Source of the DNA: an uncultured Enterobacteriaceae bacterium
Lineage (GTDB): Bacteria; Pseudomonadota; Gammaproteobacteria; Burkholderiales; SG8-39
NCBI GenBank assembly: GCA_964393745.1
Contig: CAYMVA010000054.1
Span: forward strand, 16,406 to 80,405
Length of the DNA: 64,000 nucleotides
Direction: 5' to 3'
The notes under the pieces are model-generated. The model saw nothing but the letters and a program-made list of their open reading frames with translations, ran no database searches and was not told the origin of the DNA. Shown here one piece after another: positions 61,660 through 64,000 of the stretch. A program made the translations under genes and the position numbers. Positions within the stretch are counted from its first letter, which is position 1; each line of letters opens with the position of its first letter.

Positions 61660-62604
61660 ATGCTCAAGACATTCGCCGCAATCATCGCGCTCGCGTTCTG
61701 CGCGTGCGCATCCGCCCAGGCGCCGATCAGGATGCTGGTGGGTTTCCCGCCCGGGGGCTCGGCCGACACCACTGCGCGCGCGCTCGCCGACAAGCTGAAG
61801 GACTCGCTCGGCGCGCCGGTGATCGTGGATAACCGCGCCGGCGCCGGCGGCCGCATCGCCGCCGAGGCATTGAAAACGAGCGCGCCCGACGGCAACACGC
61901 TGCTGCTGGCGCCGATCGGCACCACCATCATCCAGCCCGCGACGGTGCAGAAGCTGAGCTACGACCCGTGGAAGGATTTCGTGCACGTCTCGCAGGTGTG
62001 CACCTTCCGCTTCGCCTTCGCCGTCGGCCCGGGAACGCCCGCGAAATCCATGCCGGACTATCTCGCCTGGGTGAAAGCCAGCCCCAAGAACGCGATCTTC
62101 GGCTCCCCCGGCGCCGGCACCCTGCCGCATTTCTTCGGCCTCATGGTGGGCAAGGCTGCGGGCGTCGATCTGGTGCACGTCGCCTACAAGGGCGGCGCGC
62201 CGAAGGTGAACGACATGGTCGGCGGCCACATGCCCGCTGGCATGGACACGCCGCTCGAGTACGCCGAGCTGCACCGCTCCGGCAAGCTCAAGATCATCGC
62301 GATTTCCGGCAGCGGGCGCGCGGCCGCGTTCCCCGACGTGCCCAATTTCAAGGAGGTCGGGGTCGAGGTGGACGGCACCGGCTGGTTCGGCGTGCACGCG
62401 CCTGCCGGCACACCCAAGGCGACGGTGGACCGCTACGCGGCGGCGATCGCGCAGGCGATGCAGCTTCCCGACCTGAAGGAGCGGCTGTTCAAGCTCGGGC
62501 TGGATGCGACCGGCACCACGCCCGAGCAGTTCGTGCTCATCATGCAGGCCGACCAGGCGCGCTGGGAGCCGGTGATCAAGGCCTCAGGCTTTCGCATGGA
62601 CTGA
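61660..62604 (+). CDS. TctC/Bug substrate-binding protein
   Basis: GGAGG RBS; IRMLVGFPPGGSAD and DNRAGAGGRIA motifs. Confidence 0.9.
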   Translation: MLKTFAAIIALAFCACASAQAPIRMLVGFPPGGSADTTARALADKLKDSLGAPVIVDNRAGAGGRIAAEALKTSAPDGNTLLLAPIGTTIIQPATVQKLSYDPWKDFVHVSQVCTFRFAFAVGPGTPAKSMPDYLAWVKASPKNAIFGSPGAGTLPHFFGLMVGKAAGVDLVHVAYKGGAPKVNDMVGGHMPAGMDTPLEYAELHRSGKLKIIAISGSGRAAAFPDVPNFKEVGVEVDGTGWFGVHAPAGTPKATVDRYAAAIAQAMQLPDLKERLFKLGLDATGTTPEQFVLIMQADQARWEPVIKASGFRMD

Positions 62605-62618
62605 AAATCGGAGGGCTC

Positions 62619-62942
62619 TCAGCGCTCCAGGAGGTGTTTCTTTTCCTTCGACTTGGCCCACTCGTCGGCATCCGCCGGGGCGGGCTTGCGTTCGATGATC
62701 GGCTTCCAGCCCTTGGCGAGTTCCTTGTTGAGGGCGGTCCACTCGCGCTGGGCATCGGGCACATCGTCCTCAGCGAAGATCGCTTCCACCGGGCACTCGG
62801 GCACGCACAGGGTGCAGTCGATGCACTCGTCGGGGTCGATCACCAGCATGTTCGGCCCCTCGCGGAAACAATCCACCGGGCACACATCCACGCAATCGGT
62901 GTACTTGCACTTGATGCAGGTTTCGGTGACGACGTAGGTCAT
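62619..62942 (-). CDS. fdxA: 7Fe (Azotobacter-type) ferredoxin
   Basis: [26 protein letters not shown]...[12 protein letters not shown]. Confidence 0.93.
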   Translation of the reverse strand: MTYVVTETCIKCKYTDCVDVCPVDCFREGPNMLVIDPDECIDCTLCVPECPVEAIFAEDDVPDAQREWTALNKELAKGWKPIIERKPAPADADEWAKSKEKKHLLER

Positions 62943-63047
62943 TCGGGCGGCTGGCAGCGGGCTACAAGGGCATTCAGATCAACAGCTTAGCACGCTGGCA
63001 GCGGCAGCCCTCATAATAGCGGCTCCTGCAACACCCCCCGAGGAACC

Positions 63048-63377
63048 ATGAGCAGTCAGAGCATCCAGCACGTCACCGACGATACATTCGAGCCCGAAGT
63101 GCTCAAGTCCGATGTCCCCGTCCTGCTCGATTATTGGGCCGAGTGGTGCGGCCCCTGCAAGTCGATCGCCCCGATCCTGGAGGACGTGGCGAAGGAGTAC
63201 GGCGGGCGCCTCAAGGTGGCCAAGATCAACGTCGACGAGAACCAATCGGTGCCCGCCAAGTTCGGCGTCCGGGGCATCCCGACGTTGATGCTGTTCAAGA
63301 ACGGCAACGTCGAGGCCACGCGCGTCGGCGCGCTCACCAAATCCCAGCTCACCGCCTTTCTTGACAGCAATATCTAA
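63048..63377 (+). CDS. trxA: Thioredoxin
   Basis: WAEWCGPCK and GIPTL motifs; GAGGA RBS. Confidence 0.95.
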   Translation: MSSQSIQHVTDDTFEPEVLKSDVPVLLDYWAEWCGPCKSIAPILEDVAKEYGGRLKVAKINVDENQSVPAKFGVRGIPTLMLFKNGNVEATRVGALTKSQLTAFLDSNI

Positions 63378-63534
63378 AAACACTAGTCTTTGAAGCACTT
63401 CCCCGCCGGACGGACGACCGGCGCGGTAAGCAACTCCCGGCGCCGGTCCCTGGCGCTTCCCCAGATCGCAGCAGCACCCGCGCCGGGTTCCGATCCGCAT
63501 AGGCATTTCTGGGTTCACCTGGTTTCACTGATCC

Positions 63535-64000
63535 ATGCAACTATCCGAGCTGAAAACCCTCCACGTTTCCGAGCTGCTCGACCAAGCCACCACCAACGGC
63601 GTCGACGGCGCTAACCGCATGCGCAAGCAGGACCTGATCTTCGCGCTGCTCAAGACCCAGGCGAAGAAAGGCGAGTCGATCTTCGGCGACGGCACCCTCG
63701 AAGTGCTGCCCGACGGCTTCGGCTTCCTGCGCTCGCCTGACACCAGCTACCTCGCGAGCACCGACGACATCTACGTCAGCCCGTCGCAGATCCGGCGCTT
63801 CAACCTGCACACCGGCGACACCATCGAGGGCGAGATCCGCACCCCCAAGGACGGCGAACGCTACTTCGCGCTGGTCAAGGTGGACAAGGTCAACGGCGAG
63901 GCGCCCGAGGCGGCCAAGCACAAGATCCTGTTCGAGAACCTCACCCCGCTGCATCCGGACAAGATGTTCAAGCTGGAGCGGGAGATCAAGGCCGAGGAGA
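63535..64000 (+). CDS. rho: Transcription termination factor Rho, 5' part (runs off window)
   Basis: MQLSELK...[32 protein letters not shown] and [18 protein letters not shown]; follows trxA. Confidence 0.95.
   Translation, partial: MQLSELKTLHVSELLDQATTNGVDGANRMRKQDLIFALLKTQAKKGESIFGDGTLEVLPDGFGFLRSPDTSYLASTDDIYVSPSQIRRFNLHTGDTIEGEIRTPKDGERYFALVKVDKVNGEAPEAAKHKILFENLTPLHPDKMFKLEREIKAEE

Noticed and set aside
1-64000. CRISPR array, tRNA, rRNA, transposase or integrase
   Set aside because: No regularly spaced direct repeats with unique spacers, no RNA-gene signatures and no recognisable recombinase ORF were seen.

Overview
A 64-kb, very GC-rich, gene-dense chromosomal window. It looks betaproteobacterial (Burkholderiales-like), inferred from eight orphan TctC/Bug receptors, the fdxA/trxA-rho arrangement and the AddAB type. 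Housekeeping genes: M1 aminopeptidase, msrB, mlaF-like, srkA, dinB, creD, addB/addA-like helicase-nuclease, fdxA, trxA and partial rho. These are mixed with many catabolic genes: a two-sulfatase/enolase-superfamily operon, a catabolic-type cobalamin reductive dehalogenase, a TfdA-like dioxygenase, a dienelactone hydrolase, SDRs and M81/M14 peptidases. There are also two PIN-type toxin-antitoxin pairs, orphan ABC substrate-binding proteins and a truncated comA. No rRNA, tRNA, CRISPR array, transposase or integrase was seen. The most unusual layer is the repeats. At least four families of short palindromic REP-like elements occur: TGTAAAG-N5-CTTTACA; GGGGACAGACCCC/GGGGTCAG doublets; CCCCCGC-N4-GCGGGGG; and CCTCTCCCGC-N3-GCGGGAGAGG. 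Several copies sit in frame inside protein-coding genes, concentrated in addA/addB. In addition, two ~250-270 bp MITE-like elements in inverted orientation bracket a low-GC orphan secreted-protein gene like a composite transposon. Family calls come from motif recognition only; no database searches were run.
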